Source: an uncultured Chloroflexia bacterium
GTDB lineage: Bacteria; Chloroflexota; Limnocylindria; Limnocylindrales; CSP1-4
Length of the DNA: 64,000 bases
Direction of reading: 5' to 3'
NCBI GenBank assembly: GCA_963842755.1
Contig: CAWJIC010000008.1
Location: 240-64,239, forward strand
Shown one piece after another: positions 45,718 through 55,717 of the stretch. The notes beneath the pieces were generated by a model. That model made no database searches, was not told the DNA's origin, and saw only the letters and a list, made by a program, of their open reading frames with translations. Numbering within the stretch: position 1 is the first letter of the stretch; each line of letters opens with the position of its first letter. The translations under genes were made by a program, and so were the position numbers.

Positions 45718-46559
45718 ACCGCGCGCCGGAGGAGCACGCCGGCCACGTGCCGCCGGTATTCGGCCGAACCGCGGATGTCCGAGAAGGATTCGATCAATTC
45801 GATCGCGACCCGGCCGGCCTCATCGACCAGGGCGTCGGACAGTTCCTGACCGCGCAGCAACTCCTCGGCCGCCACGGCCTTGATCGGGGTCATCGCGATG
45901 CCGCCGAGGCCGATGCCGATCGTCGTGCAGCGGTCGAGTTCGTCGAGGGTGAGCCGGATCGAGCAGCTGGCCACGGCGAAATCCCCCGCTCGCCGTTCAA
46001 GCTTCAGGTGCGCGCTCCCGGATCGGGCCGGCGGGGCGTCGATCACGACCCCGGTGATCACCTCGTCCGGTCGGAGTGTCGTCGTGTAGGCGTCGACGAA
46101 GAAGTCGGCGGCCGGTACGCTCCGCGACCCCGTCGGGCCGAGGCACTCGACGACGGCGTCGAGGGCGAGGAGGCCGGGCCCCCAGTCCCCGGCCGGGTCG
46201 CACTCGGCGATGCTTCCGCCGAGCGTGCCCATGTTGCGGACCTGCGGGTCGCCGATCTGCGCCGCGACGTCGTGAAGCAACGGGACGGCCGAGCCGAGGT
46301 CCGTCGCATCCTCGACCTCCACGTGACGCACGAGCGCCCCGATCCGGAACCGGCCGTCGGTGCGAGTGATACCCGCCAGTTCGTCCCGCAGCCCGCCGAT
46401 GTCGACAAGGATGGCCGGACTCGCCAGCCGCAACTTCATCAGCGGGATCAAGCTCGCCCCGCCGGCCAGCAGCTTGCTGCCCTCGCCATGCTCGGCGAGA
46501 AGTTTGATCGCGTGCTCGAGCGACTCGGCCCGCACGTAAGCGAAACTCGCCGGATACAT
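45663..46559 (-). CDS. FAD-binding medium subunit (CoxM / XdhB-like)
   Basis: [45 protein letters not shown]. Confidence 0.85.
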   Translation of the reverse strand: MYPASFAYVRAESLEHAIKLLAEHGEGSKLLAGGASLIPLMKLRLASPAILVDIGGLRDELAGITRTDGRFRIGALVRHVEVEDATDLGSAVPLLHDVAAQIGDPQVRNMGTLGGSIAECDPAGDWGPGLLALDAVVECLGPTGSRSVPAADFFVDAYTTTLRPDEVITGVVIDAPPARSGSAHLKLERRAGDFAVASCSIRLTLDELDRCTTIGIGLGGIAMTPIKAVAAEELLRGQELSDALVDEAGRVAIELIESFSDIRGSAEYRRHVAGVLLRRAVAVARRRAGGETVEVTHG

Positions 46560-46569
46560 TCGCTCTCCT

Positions 46570-46708
46570 CACCTAACGGGCAAGTTGCCGAATGAGTCCA
46601 TCATGGTCGCCGATATCGATGTCGGCGCTCAGATGAGGTGCGCACCGTGCGCGATCTTGGCGATCTCGCCCCTTGCCGCAGTACCGCTACGACTGCGACC
46701 GGGTCCCG
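46570..46708 (-). promoter_or_regulatory. 139-nt conserved 5' leader, copy A (upstream of the FAD-subunit gene)
   Basis: 133 of 139 positions are identical to 54613-54751, with no indels. It ends a few nt before the Shine-Dalgarno sequence and start. Three consecutive hairpins are possible. Confidence 0.6.
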
Positions 46709-49168
46709 TCCCGGCCGGCCAGAATCGTGGTGTTCCCACCGGCGCGTATTCGCGCGTTGGCATCCTGGATCGCCCGCCAGATCGTGTCCGGGCTGAGCGG
46801 CAGCGACCGAAGCTGCGTGCCGAGCGGGCGAAGCGCGTCGTCGACGGCATTGGCGAGGACCGGGGGGGGCCCGACCGTGCCAGTTTCGCCCGCGCCCTTG
46901 AAGCCGCCGGGGGTGAAGGGCGACGGCGAGATCATGTGATCGAGTGTGAAGTCGGGGATCTCCATGGCCGTCGGAACGAGATAGTCCTTGAAGCTCTGCT
47001 GGAGCAACTGGCCGCTCTCGTCGTAGCGGAGCTCCTCGTACAGTGCGCCGCCGATCCCGTGGGCGAGTGCCCCGAGATGCTGACCCTGGACGATGGCAGG
47101 GTTCAGCATGTTGCCGCAATCGTGGACGCTGACGTACCGCTCGATGTCGAGTACGCCGGTGGCCTCGTCGATCTCGACCGCGACGACCTGGGCGTCGTAC
47201 GGAAACGCCGAGAACATCGCGACCCGGCCGTTCGCGTCGATCGAGAAGCCGATGTTCGGGTCGCGGTAGTGGTACGTGAGCTGGAGCCCCGGGCTCCTCC
47301 CCCTCGGGCAGGTCGTGGATTCGATGGTAGGCGGTTCGCGCGATCTGTTCGAGCGAGAGGTACCTGGCCGGATCGCCCTTCATCCGCACGAGACCGTCGA
47401 CGAGCTCGAGGTCGGACGGCGCCGCCTCCAGCAGGTGCGCCGCGATGCGGACGATCTTGTCAGCGAGCTGCCGGCTGGCCAGGGTCACGCTCGACGTCCC
47501 GACGACCGAGAAGCGGCTCGAATAGGAGCCCGTCCCGTACGGCGTTGCGAGCGTGTCGCCCTCGACGACATGGACCTGGTCGATCTCGATGCCCAGCTCC
47601 TCGGCGACCAGCTGCGAGATCGTGGTCGCGTGGCCCTGGCCCTCGTCGTTGCCGCCGTGCGCCACCTCCACCCGGCCCTGGGGGTCCATCCGGATCGTCG
47701 TGCTGAAGTAGCCTGAGTTGTACGAGCCCATCCGGGTCGACGACGAGGGCTCGATGACGAGGCACATCCCGATCCCGAACAGGCGGCCGGCCCGGCGGCG
47801 CTCGCGCTGGATCTCGCGGAGGCGATCGTAGTCGGCAAGCTCGAGGGCACGCTTCAGCGCAGCCGGGTAGTCTCCGCTGTCATAGCGCGAGCCGGTCGCG
47901 CAGATGTACGGGAACTCGTCCGGCTGGATGAAATTCCGGAAGCGGATGGCCTCGGGCGACATCCCCAGCCGGTCGGCGGCGATGTCCATCATCCGCTCGA
48001 TCACGTAAGCCGCCTCGGACTTGCCGAAGCCGCGATGGGCGCCGAAGGGCGTCTTGTTCGTCACCACCCCAAACAGCTCGGCCCGGTAGTTCTGGATCCG
48101 GTACGCGCCGGGCACGTACATGACGGTCGTCATGATCGAGGCGAAGCCTCCGACGGGGTAGGCGTCGCCGAGGTTCGCGTAGACCCGGTCGCGGACACCG
48201 AGCACAGTCCCGTCGCGCTTGAGGGCCATCTCGACGTGGTGCGTCTGCTCACGAGCGTGGTTGGTGGCCACCATGTGCTCACGGCGCGTTTCGATCCACT
48301 TCACCGGGCGCTCGAGCAGGATCGACCCCAGCGACGCGACGAGCTCCTCCGGATAGAAACCCCACTTCTGGCCGAACCCGCCGCCGATGTCGGGGGCGAT
48401 GACCCGGACCTTGAGGTTGGGCGGTTTCGTGAAACTGTCCTCGAGGAGGGCGCTGACCACATGCGGGATCTGCGTCAAATCCCACAGCGTGAGCACGTTG
48501 GCGGCGCGGTCGTACGATGCCACCAGGCCCCGTGGCTCGATCGGCGTGCCCGTGAAGCGGTGATGGTACAGGCGTTCGCTGACGACGACGTCGGCCCCCG
48601 CGAACGCCTGGTCGACGTCGCCGTTGGACACGTGGAAGGTCAGCGCGACGTTGTCGCCCCAGTCCTCGTAGAGCAGCGGCGCACCGTCCGCGAGGGCGGC
48701 CTCCGCGTCGAGCACGGGCTCAAGCGCCTCATACTCCACGTCCACGAGCTCGATGGCGTCCTCGGCGATGTAGCGATCATCCGCCACGACGAACGCAACC
48801 GGCTCGCCTGCGAATCGGACCTTCTCATGGGCGAGCCCATATCGATCGTGGAACTTGATCGTCGGGTTGCCGGCGCGAAACGGGTCCCGACTCTGAAACG
48901 GGAACGGGGACATGTACTTCACGTGATCGGCGAGGTCGGCCGCGGACAGCGCCAGGCGAACGCCAGGAATTGCCCGGACCCGGTCCAGATCGACGCGGAT
49001 CAGCCGGGCGTGGGCGTACGGGCTCCGATAGAAAGCGCCGTGCAGAAGGCCGGCGGGCGCAAGGTCGCCGACGAAGGTGCCGGCACCTCGGAGCAGCCGG
49101 TCATCCTCCTTTCGGGGGAGGCTCCGCCCGATGAACCGGCCGACCCGGTTGCTCGTCGCGGTGCTCAA
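46687..49168 (-). pseudogene. Molybdopterin-binding large subunit (copy B) with a single frameshift
   Basis: The N-terminal 630 aa are in one frame (..AYHRIHDLPEGEEPG). The C-terminus (LQLTYHYRDPNIGFSIDANGRVAMFSAFPYDAQVVAVEIDEATG..) is in another. The switch lies at a CCCGGGG run (47287-47293). Both parts align colinearly with copy A. Confidence 0.8.
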
Positions 49169-49204
49169 CCTCCGAGGCCTTTTCGGACGGCGGCGACGAA
49201 GCGC

Positions 49205-49600
49205 TCAAGATTTCTTCTTCGCGAGCGGTTCCAGCATGCCGCCGGCAACCGACGCGAGACGCCCGACGATCTTGGCCTCGCCGGCCCAGTCGACGGCCGT
49301 CCCCGAGGCCGCGTCGCGAAGCGTGAAGCCGGCCGTCATGTCCACCACGCTGCCGAGGCCCTTACCCTGGCCGGCGTAAACGGCCCGCACGTTCGGCTCG
49401 CGTTCGACGATCGCCAGATCGAGCTTCATCGTTCCCCGCATCGGACCAACGCCGACGCGTGCGTCGATCTTGAAACCGTCGGTCCGCAGCTCGGCCGACT
49501 CGATGTCCGGCAGAGCCGCAACGACGTCTTCAGGAGTGGTCAGGAACTCGTAGACCTGCTCGGGCGTGCCGGGGACCTCGAACGACCCATTCAGTTTCAT
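49205..49600 (-). CDS. CoxG-like SRPBCC-family protein
   Basis: [35 protein letters not shown]... 131 aa. Confidence 0.8.
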   Translation of the reverse strand: MKLNGSFEVPGTPEQVYEFLTTPEDVVAALPDIESAELRTDGFKIDARVGVGPMRGTMKLDLAIVEREPNVRAVYAGQGKGLGSVVDMTAGFTLRDAASGTAVDWAGEAKIVGRLASVAGGMLEPLAKKKS

Positions 49601-50121
49601 GTTGTCCTCTCAGGCTCTGGAGCGATTGGCGTTGCAGCCGAAGCGTCGTCTGCCCGCATGGCCTCGGCCGCAGCCTCGATCGAGGTCACGATGTTCTGAT
49701 AGCCGGTGCAGCGACAGAGGTTGCCGGCGATCCCGCGACGAATCTCGGTGCGGCTCGGGGACGGATTGCGCCGAAGAAGCTCGAGGGCGGACATGACCAT
49801 GCCCGGCGTGCAGTAGCCGCACTGCAGCCCGTGGTGCTCATGGAAGGCCTGCTGGACCGGGTGGAGCTGGCCGTCGGTCGCGACGTCCTCGATCGTCCGG
49901 ATCTCGTGGCCGGCCGCCTGGACGGCGAACATCGTGCACGACTTCACGGCCCGGCCGTCGACGTGGATCGTGCACGCTCCGCATGTCGTCGTGTCGCAGC
50001 CGATGTGGGTGCCGGTCAGGCCGGCCTCGGTCCGGATGAAGTCGACGAGCAGGAGACGCGGCTCCACGTCCGCCGTGTACTCGCGGCCGTTGATCCGCAG
50101 CGTCACCGGAAGCCTAGCCAT
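49597..50121 (-). CDS. [2Fe-2S]-binding small subunit (copy B)
   Basis: The first 155 aa are identical to copy A, followed by a 19-aa extra tail. Confidence 0.9.
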   Translation of the reverse strand: MARLPVTLRINGREYTADVEPRLLLVDFIRTEAGLTGTHIGCDTTTCGACTIHVDGRAVKSCTMFAVQAAGHEIRTIEDVATDGQLHPVQQAFHEHHGLQCGYCTPGMVMSALELLRRNPSPSRTEIRRGIAGNLCRCTGYQNIVTSIEAAAEAMRADDASAATPIAPEPERTT

Positions 50122-50168
50122 GGGTCACCTCTACCGTCTCGCCACCGGCGCGGCGCCGGGCCACCGCC
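49656..50168. repeat. 513-bp perfect direct repeat, copy 2
   Basis: Identical to 45205-45717. Confidence 0.9.
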
Positions 50169-51130
50169 GGACCACCGAGCAGAGCCCGCAGTGCCGGCTC
50201 CACCGCGTCCGCGCGCGGCGAGTCGCCGACGACCAGCCCGACGGCCCGAACGAGCCGCCCGATCTCTTCGTCGTCCACGGCACCGACGGCCCCAAACGGC
50301 TCCGTGGGGTCGCCGATGGGGACGCCGGCATGCCGCATCGCCGCCTTCATGATCGGCGGCAGCCCGTAGCGGGCCCACCTGCCGGGGAACACGGAAAAGA
50401 AGCGCTGCCAGGTCACCGCGAGCTCCAGATCCCCGGCGCGGAAGGCCCGCGCGACCTGGGCGGCGACACGTGTCCCCGGTGGCGGCATGGTCGCCCCGCT
50501 GCCACCCATCAGCAGCGTCGCAAGGAGCGGCTGCATCGTTGTGAAGTATCGGGCGCGTCCCGCCCGCTCCAGCTCCTCGATCAAACGGCCGATCTTCGTG
50601 ATGTCGCGCGAGCTTTCCTTGAACGCTCCGACGCGATCGATATCGGCGATCGCGATCCACGCCTCGATCGGCGGGTCGGCCCCCGGTCCAGGGTTGTGAT
50701 AGGCGACGATCGGCAGCGGCGAGCGGCGGGCCACGAACTCGTAGTAGGCGACGAGCTCACCTGTCGTCGGCTGGCCGCCCCACGGGCGCGTCGGCATCAG
50801 AACCTGGATCCAGTCGGCCCCGGCGCTTGCAGCATGCCCGGCGAGATCGACGACGGCACCCGGCGCCGGATGGCTGGCGCCAGCGATCACGGGGACCCGC
50901 CGGTCCACCATAGCGATAGCCTCGCGGATGAGCTCCCGTCGCACGCCGGGCGCGAGCACGGAGTACTCGGCGGCCTCGACGGCGGCGATCGTCAGCGCAT
51001 CGACGTCACCAATCATGTACTCGATCTCGCGTTGGAGTGCGTCCATCTGGACCGAGCCGTCCGGCGTGAACGGCGTGAGGACCGCACCCACGATTCCGGT
51101 GAGATCGCGCTGTCCGTGCAGCATGGTCAT
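50114..51130 (-). CDS. Dihydrodipicolinate-synthase (DapA/NAL) family lyase with a chimeric C-terminus
   Basis: [23 protein letters not shown] and FKESS (Schiff-base Lys context) are present. The last 17 aa ([17 protein letters not shown]) are identical to the end of the FAD subunit because they lie inside the 513-bp repeat. Confidence 0.8.
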   Translation of the reverse strand: MTMLHGQRDLTGIVGAVLTPFTPDGSVQMDALQREIEYMIGDVDALTIAAVEAAEYSVLAPGVRRELIREAIAMVDRRVPVIAGASHPAPGAVVDLAGHAASAGADWIQVLMPTRPWGGQPTTGELVAYYEFVARRSPLPIVAYHNPGPGADPPIEAWIAIADIDRVGAFKESSRDITKIGRLIEELERAGRARYFTTMQPLLATLLMGGSGATMPPPGTRVAAQVARAFRAGDLELAVTWQRFFSVFPGRWARYGLPPIMKAAMRHAGVPIGDPTEPFGAVGAVDDEEIGRLVRAVGLVVGDSPRADAVEPALRALLGGPAVARRRAGGETVEVTHG

Positions 51131-51146
51131 CGCGGCTCGAGCCGAA

Positions 51147-51929
51147 TCAACCGAGCACGGCGCGGATCGCCAATCCGCATCCGACGATGAACAGGACCGT
51201 GCGCAGGATCCGCCGGAAGGCCCGATCGTCCAGGAAAGGCTGTAGCCGGAGGCCTGCTACGACGCCGAGCAGCAGTGGCACGGTGGCGGCGAGTGCGGCG
51301 ATCATGAGCGGCCCCGAGAGCATCTGGACCGCCACGAGCGCCACGAGTTGCGTCGTGTCGAGTGCGACGAAGATGAGATTGATCGAGAAGAGGAAGAGCG
51401 CACGCGGTATCCCCGCGCGGATCAGATACAGCGCCACGATCGGCCCAGACGCCCCGACACTGCCCTGTAGGACCCCGCCGCCCAGCCCCCAGGCGATCCC
51501 GGACCGCGGCCGCGACAGGCGCTCGACGGACGGCGGCGCCCAAACGCCCGGCGCAGCGACAAAGGCGAGGACGACCGCGGATTGCAGCAGCTGCAACGCG
51601 CGCGGATCGACGAGACGAAGGACCGCCGTGCCGGCCACGATGCCCACCACACCGCCGGCGATGAAGGGCGCTATCCGGGCGACACCGCGACGCGAGGAGG
51701 CAACCCGGGCGAGGGCGATGAGGTCGCTCAGCACTGTCGGGAGCACCATCACGGCGATCGTGCTTGGTAGATCCCCCGTCAGGAGCGCGATGATGGGGGT
51801 AGCGATCACCGGCGCCCCAAGGCCGGTCACGCCCTTGCTCACGCCCGCGATCAGCAGGACCGCGGCAGCGATCGCAATCTCGGGCAACGGTGTCAGAGGC
51901 AACGGCGATCCCGCTTGGCGGGATCGCAT
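51147..51929 (-). CDS. TauE/SafE-family (DUF81) membrane exporter
   Basis: 260-aa polytopic protein with GVSKGVTGLGAP and a repeated half-architecture. Confidence 0.7.
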   Translation of the reverse strand: MRSRQAGSPLPLTPLPEIAIAAAVLLIAGVSKGVTGLGAPVIATPIIALLTGDLPSTIAVMVLPTVLSDLIALARVASSRRGVARIAPFIAGGVVGIVAGTAVLRLVDPRALQLLQSAVVLAFVAAPGVWAPPSVERLSRPRSGIAWGLGGGVLQGSVGASGPIVALYLIRAGIPRALFLFSINLIFVALDTTQLVALVAVQMLSGPLMIAALAATVPLLLGVVAGLRLQPFLDDRAFRRILRTVLFIVGCGLAIRAVLG

Positions 51930-51953
51930 GCAGCGTCGTCGCGGAACGGGCCA

Positions 51954-52736
51954 TCAGGACACCTCATTCGAGCTCGCCGCTGTGGCGATCACGTTGATCG
52001 CGTAGTCGGACAGTTCCGCCCGATCGGCATCGTAGACGCTCGCGAAGAAGCGCTTGATCGTCCGCATCGCGATGGGCGGCCGGTCCGCGACCTCTGCGGC
52101 CACCCTGTCGACCTCGGCGTCGAGATCGTCCGGCTCCACGACCCGGTTGACCATGCCCAGCGCCAGGGCCTCCGAGGCGTCGATGGAGCGGCCCAGCAGG
52201 AGCATCTCGAGCCCGTGCTTGCGCGGCACGTACCGCGCGAGATAGGTCGCCACCAGGGCCGGGGGGAGCCCGTCGAGGATCTCCGGAAAACTGAACACGG
52301 ACGAGCGGACGGCGATGGTGAGGTCGCACAAGAGCGCCAGGCCACAGCCGAACCCGCGGGCCGCGCCCTGCACGGCCGCGATCGTTGGGATCGACATCGC
52401 CCCGAGGGCTCGGTTCACGCGAACAATCCGCTCGAGTTCCGACTTCATGGCCCACGCTGTCCGCGGGGCGGCGGCCCCCGAATTCGGACGGCGGCCCAGG
52501 CAGAAGTCCGGGCCGTTCGCCCGGATCACGAGCACTCGGGCCTCGGCTCGCCGCTCGATGGCCTGGAGGGCCTCGGCCAAGGCATCCAGCACCTGGCCGT
52601 CGACGCGGTTGCCGACGTCCGGAAGGTTCAGCGTGACGGAAGCCACAGCGCCCTCGGACACGAGCAGGGTGTCAGTCGCCGGCACGGTTCGCCCGTTGTT
52701 GGATGCTGCAAGGTTTGGTGGGGCCGCTCCGCTCAT
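51954..52736 (-). CDS. Enoyl-CoA hydratase/isomerase (crotonase) family protein
   Basis: VASVTLNLPDVGNRVDG..VLVIRANGPDFCLG..AAVQGAARGFGCGLAL. The start at 52736 was chosen from several options. Confidence 0.75.
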   Translation of the reverse strand: MSGAAPPNLAASNNGRTVPATDTLLVSEGAVASVTLNLPDVGNRVDGQVLDALAEALQAIERRAEARVLVIRANGPDFCLGRRPNSGAAAPRTAWAMKSELERIVRVNRALGAMSIPTIAAVQGAARGFGCGLALLCDLTIAVRSSVFSFPEILDGLPPALVATYLARYVPRKHGLEMLLLGRSIDASEALALGMVNRVVEPDDLDAEVDRVAAEVADRPPIAMRTIKRFFASVYDADRAELSDYAINVIATAASSNEVS

Positions 52737-52807
52737 CTTTGGGTGCGCGCTCGCGCGAGGCGCGCGGCCGGTCGGCTGCAGCGGCGGACGGTTGCGCATC
52801 GCCTGCT

Positions 52808-54166
52808 CTACTCCGGCAGCGGCGCACCGCGCGTCTCCGGTCCGGCCCACGGCACCGCGAGGAGGCCGAGGAGGTAGATCATGCCGAAAACGGTTGCGGC
52901 GAGACCGATGCCGCCCAGCGTGGTGATCAGGAGGCCCGCGCCGAGCGTGCCGACGGCCGCCAACATCCGCGTGCTGTCGAAAATCAGGGAGATGCCGGAT
53001 CCGCGGGCGGCCGTGGGGAACAACTCGGCCGGGTAGACCGCCAGCCACGTGAACTGGCCAAGGGTGAAGATGCCGTTCAGCGCGATAGCAACGAGGACGG
53101 CGGTCGAGTCCCGGACGACGAGAAAGAGGAGCGGCACTGTCACGAGGGACCCGAGGTAGAAGAGTATGATCGTCGGCTTCCGTCCCCAGAGGTCCAGCAA
53201 CCACGCCATCGCGAGATAGCCGGCGATACCGGCTACGTTGTAGACGAGGGCGGCGGAATGGGCGAAAGAGACCGGGTTGAGACCCGAGGCCGGCGCCAGG
53301 CTGGCCGCGTACTGGGGGATCCAGGTCGAGACCGCCCACCAGCCCATGATCGTGCTCAGGGCCATGACCAGCAGGAGCAGGGTCCGTCGTCGAAGTGTCG
53401 CGTTAGCGAGGATCCGCGCCATGGTGAAGCGGGCGTCCGCATGTTCCTCGGCCGTGAGCGGCACGTTCTGGGAGCGCTTCGCCCGCGCAGCGTGCCGGCG
53501 ACCGTTGGCGTCAGACCAGAGCTCGGGCTCGCGGACGCCGCGTCGCAGGTACAGCAGGACGAGCGCGGGCAGGATCCCCAGGACGAACATGTATCGCCAC
53601 GACGAGTCGCCGAGCGGATGCACGAACGTCCAGACGATGGTCGCCAGCAGGAACCCGAAGCCGGATCCTGACCCGAGCATTCCGGCGCCTCGACCCCGGG
53701 CGGAGGCCGGGAAGACCTCGGCGACCATCGCCGTTCCCGGTCCCCACTCCGCCCCGAGGCCCACACCCGTCAGCAACCGCGCTACTATGAACCACACGTA
53801 GTTCGGCGCCAAAGCCGTGAGCCCGGCGAAGATCGCGTACCAGAGGATCGAGATCATCAGCATCCGTTTACGGCCGATGTAGTCGGAAAGAATGCCCCCC
53901 AGGATTCCCCCAATGGCCCAGCCGACGAGCGTGATCGCAAAGGCGCCGGCGATCAGCGTTGGCGTCTGCGCGGCGCTGGCCGGGTTGATGAGCTGGGGCA
54001 CCGCAACGGAGGCCACAAGCACGAGCGTGTACGTCTCGTAGCCGTCGAAGACCCAGCCGAGGAAGCTGCCGAGCCACGCCTTCCAGGCGGCTGGGTCCAT
54101 CGCTCGGTACCATGGGATCGTCGCGACCCCGGCCGCGGGGGTCATCCGTTCCGGACTCACGTTCAC
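52808..54166 (-). CDS. MFS transporter
   Basis: 12-TM pattern with FLGWVFDGYETY and LSDYIGRKRM (motif-A-like loop). A GTG start at 54166 forms a GTGA overlap with the upstream stop; an ATG at 54145 is the alternative. Confidence 0.8.
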   Translation of the reverse strand: MNVSPERMTPAAGVATIPWYRAMDPAAWKAWLGSFLGWVFDGYETYTLVLVASVAVPQLINPASAAQTPTLIAGAFAITLVGWAIGGILGGILSDYIGRKRMLMISILWYAIFAGLTALAPNYVWFIVARLLTGVGLGAEWGPGTAMVAEVFPASARGRGAGMLGSGSGFGFLLATIVWTFVHPLGDSSWRYMFVLGILPALVLLYLRRGVREPELWSDANGRRHAARAKRSQNVPLTAEEHADARFTMARILANATLRRRTLLLLVMALSTIMGWWAVSTWIPQYAASLAPASGLNPVSFAHSAALVYNVAGIAGYLAMAWLLDLWGRKPTIILFYLGSLVTVPLLFLVVRDSTAVLVAIALNGIFTLGQFTWLAVYPAELFPTAARGSGISLIFDSTRMLAAVGTLGAGLLITTLGGIGLAATVFGMIYLLGLLAVPWAGPETRGAPLPE

Positions 54167-54615
54167 CGCACCTCTCCCCGGGCGACATTCGCGCCGGCCA
54201 GGAAGTGGTCGATGGCTCCCCGCGCCACCTCCTCGTCCTGGTCCGCCGTGCCCGTACTGCAACCGACTCCCCCGACCACCTCTCCCTCGACAACCACCGG
54301 GAGGCCACCGGGAATGACGCAGAAGCGGCCGCCGTTCGTCTCCTGGATTCCCCAGGTTGCCCCGCCCGGCACGCTGTTCTCTTGATACCAGCGCGTCGGC
54401 CGGCGAGCCGCGGCGGCGGTGAATGCCTTGTCCATGGCGGTCGAGACGCTCGTGACCTTCCCCCCATCGAGCCGCTCAAAGGCCAGCAGCGTGCCGGATT
54501 CGTCGACGACCGCCGTGCACATCGGAACGCCGATCGCCGCGGATGCGCGCTCCGCGCCGGCGAGGATGACACGAGCGTCCTCGATCGACAGGCGATTGAC
54601 TGTCAGCACGACCAC
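54163..54615 (-). CDS. GlcG/HbpS-like (DUF336) haem-binding protein
   Basis: LSIEDARVILAGAERASAAIGVPMCTAVVDESGTLLAFERLDG..GGLPVVVEGEVVGGVGCSTGTADQDEE. Confidence 0.8.
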   Translation of the reverse strand: MVVLTVNRLSIEDARVILAGAERASAAIGVPMCTAVVDESGTLLAFERLDGGKVTSVSTAMDKAFTAAAARRPTRWYQENSVPGGATWGIQETNGGRFCVIPGGLPVVVEGEVVGGVGCSTGTADQDEEVARGAIDHFLAGANVARGEVR

Positions 54616-54751
54616 CTCACGGGCAAGTTGCCGAATGAGCCCATCATGGTCGCCGATATCGATGTCGGCGCTCAGATGAGGTGCGCACCGTGCGCGATCG
54701 TGATGATCTCGCCCCTTGCCGCAGTACCGCTACGGCTGCGACCGGGTCCCG
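54613..54751 (-). promoter_or_regulatory. 139-nt conserved 5' leader, copy B (upstream of the GlcG-like gene)
   Basis: See 46570-46708. It lies between the LysR stop and the GlcG-like start. Confidence 0.6.
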
Positions 54752-54772
54752 CCATTCGCGCGGGAGGTGCGG

Positions 54773-55717
54773 TCAGCCCGCCCGCAGTTCCTGGCCGGGA
54801 GTGCCGGTGGCCGCCAGGGCATCGTCCGCCACGAGGTCCTTTGCGGCGCGCTGCAACGCACGAGCCATGCTCAGCGCTTCGGGCGACTGGATCGTGCCGG
54901 CGACGGTCGCGAGGACGACGGTGCTCTTCTGCATGGGTTCCGCGATCAGGATGATGCGAACGCGATCGACGGGCCAGTGCCGGGCCACGGTAAGCGGCGC
55001 GACGGTGACGCCGAAGCCGCTGGCGATCAACTCGCCGACGGTCCCGAGCGACGCACCCACGCAGAAGAGGTTCGGGATGAACCCGGCAGTCGAACATGCC
55101 GTCAGCACGGCCTGGTACAATACCGGGCTCCGCAACGCATCGAAGGTGAGGAACGGCTCGGAGCAGAGATCGCTGAGCGAGATCGGTCCTTGGCCGACGT
55201 CGCTGCGCGAGGGCACGACGGCCACGAGCGGCTCTTCGAACAGCGGCCTGAACGAGAACCCGGCCGTCGCGGGGGGGTCGCGGACGACCGCGAAGTCGAC
55301 GTGCCGGTCGCCCAGGAGATCCAGGGCCTCGGTCGTCGCTCGCTCGTAGATGCGGAGGCTTGTGGCAGAGGACGGGTCGCGCATCCGGACCGCCCGCGGA
55401 AGCAGCATCTGGGCCATCGACGGGACGAGCGCGATGGCGAGCTCGTTGTCGGACCGGAAGGAAAGCTGCCGGACAGCCGCCCGAATGCGCGCCTCCGCCT
55501 CGACGAGCGCCTGTGCGGAGGGAAGCAGCGTGATCCCCGCCGCGTTGAGCCTCACTCCTCGCGACGTCCGTCGAAGCAGGCTCACCCCGAGCTCTGCCTC
55601 GAGATGGCGGATGTGATTCCCGACGGTCGCTTGGCTCAACGAGAGCTGCCGCGCCGCCCCCCGCATGCTGCCTGCGGCCGCAACCACCAGAAAGGTATTC
55701 AGCTGGTAGAGATCCAC
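54773..55717 (-). CDS. LysR-family transcriptional regulator
   Basis: MDLYQLNTFLVVAAAGSMRGAARQLSLSQATVGNHIRHLEAELGVSLLRR. Confidence 0.9.
   Translation of the reverse strand: MDLYQLNTFLVVAAAGSMRGAARQLSLSQATVGNHIRHLEAELGVSLLRRTSRGVRLNAAGITLLPSAQALVEAEARIRAAVRQLSFRSDNELAIALVPSMAQMLLPRAVRMRDPSSATSLRIYERATTEALDLLGDRHVDFAVVRDPPATAGFSFRPLFEEPLVAVVPSRSDVGQGPISLSDLCSEPFLTFDALRSPVLYQAVLTACSTAGFIPNLFCVGASLGTVGELIASGFGVTVAPLTVARHWPVDRVRIILIAEPMQKSTVVLATVAGTIQSPEALSMARALQRAAKDLVADDALAATGTPGQELRAG

Noticed and set aside
43961-45883. Very long antisense ORFs opposite real genes. Examples: 43961-45883(+), 48035-49699(+), 16776-17924(-), 18107-19966(-), 57330-59666(-), 17734-18888(+) and 7769-9031(+).
   Set aside because: They are Arg/Pro/Gly-rich with no recognisable motifs. 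Their third-codon positions coincide with first or second positions of the motif-bearing genes on the other strand. These are typical high-GC shadow ORFs.
46570-46708. Assigning the repeated leader to a known riboswitch class (Moco, purine/xanthine-type).
   Set aside because: I could not find the conserved cores I remember for these classes. Without a covariance-model scan, the call would be a guess.
42737-49168. Annotating the Mo enzymes as carbon-monoxide dehydrogenase (CoxMSL) because CoxG-, CoxS- and CoxM-like genes are present.
   Set aside because: Neither large subunit shows the AYRCSFR (form I) or AYRGAGR (form II) active-site loop. No coxDEF-type accessory genes are present.
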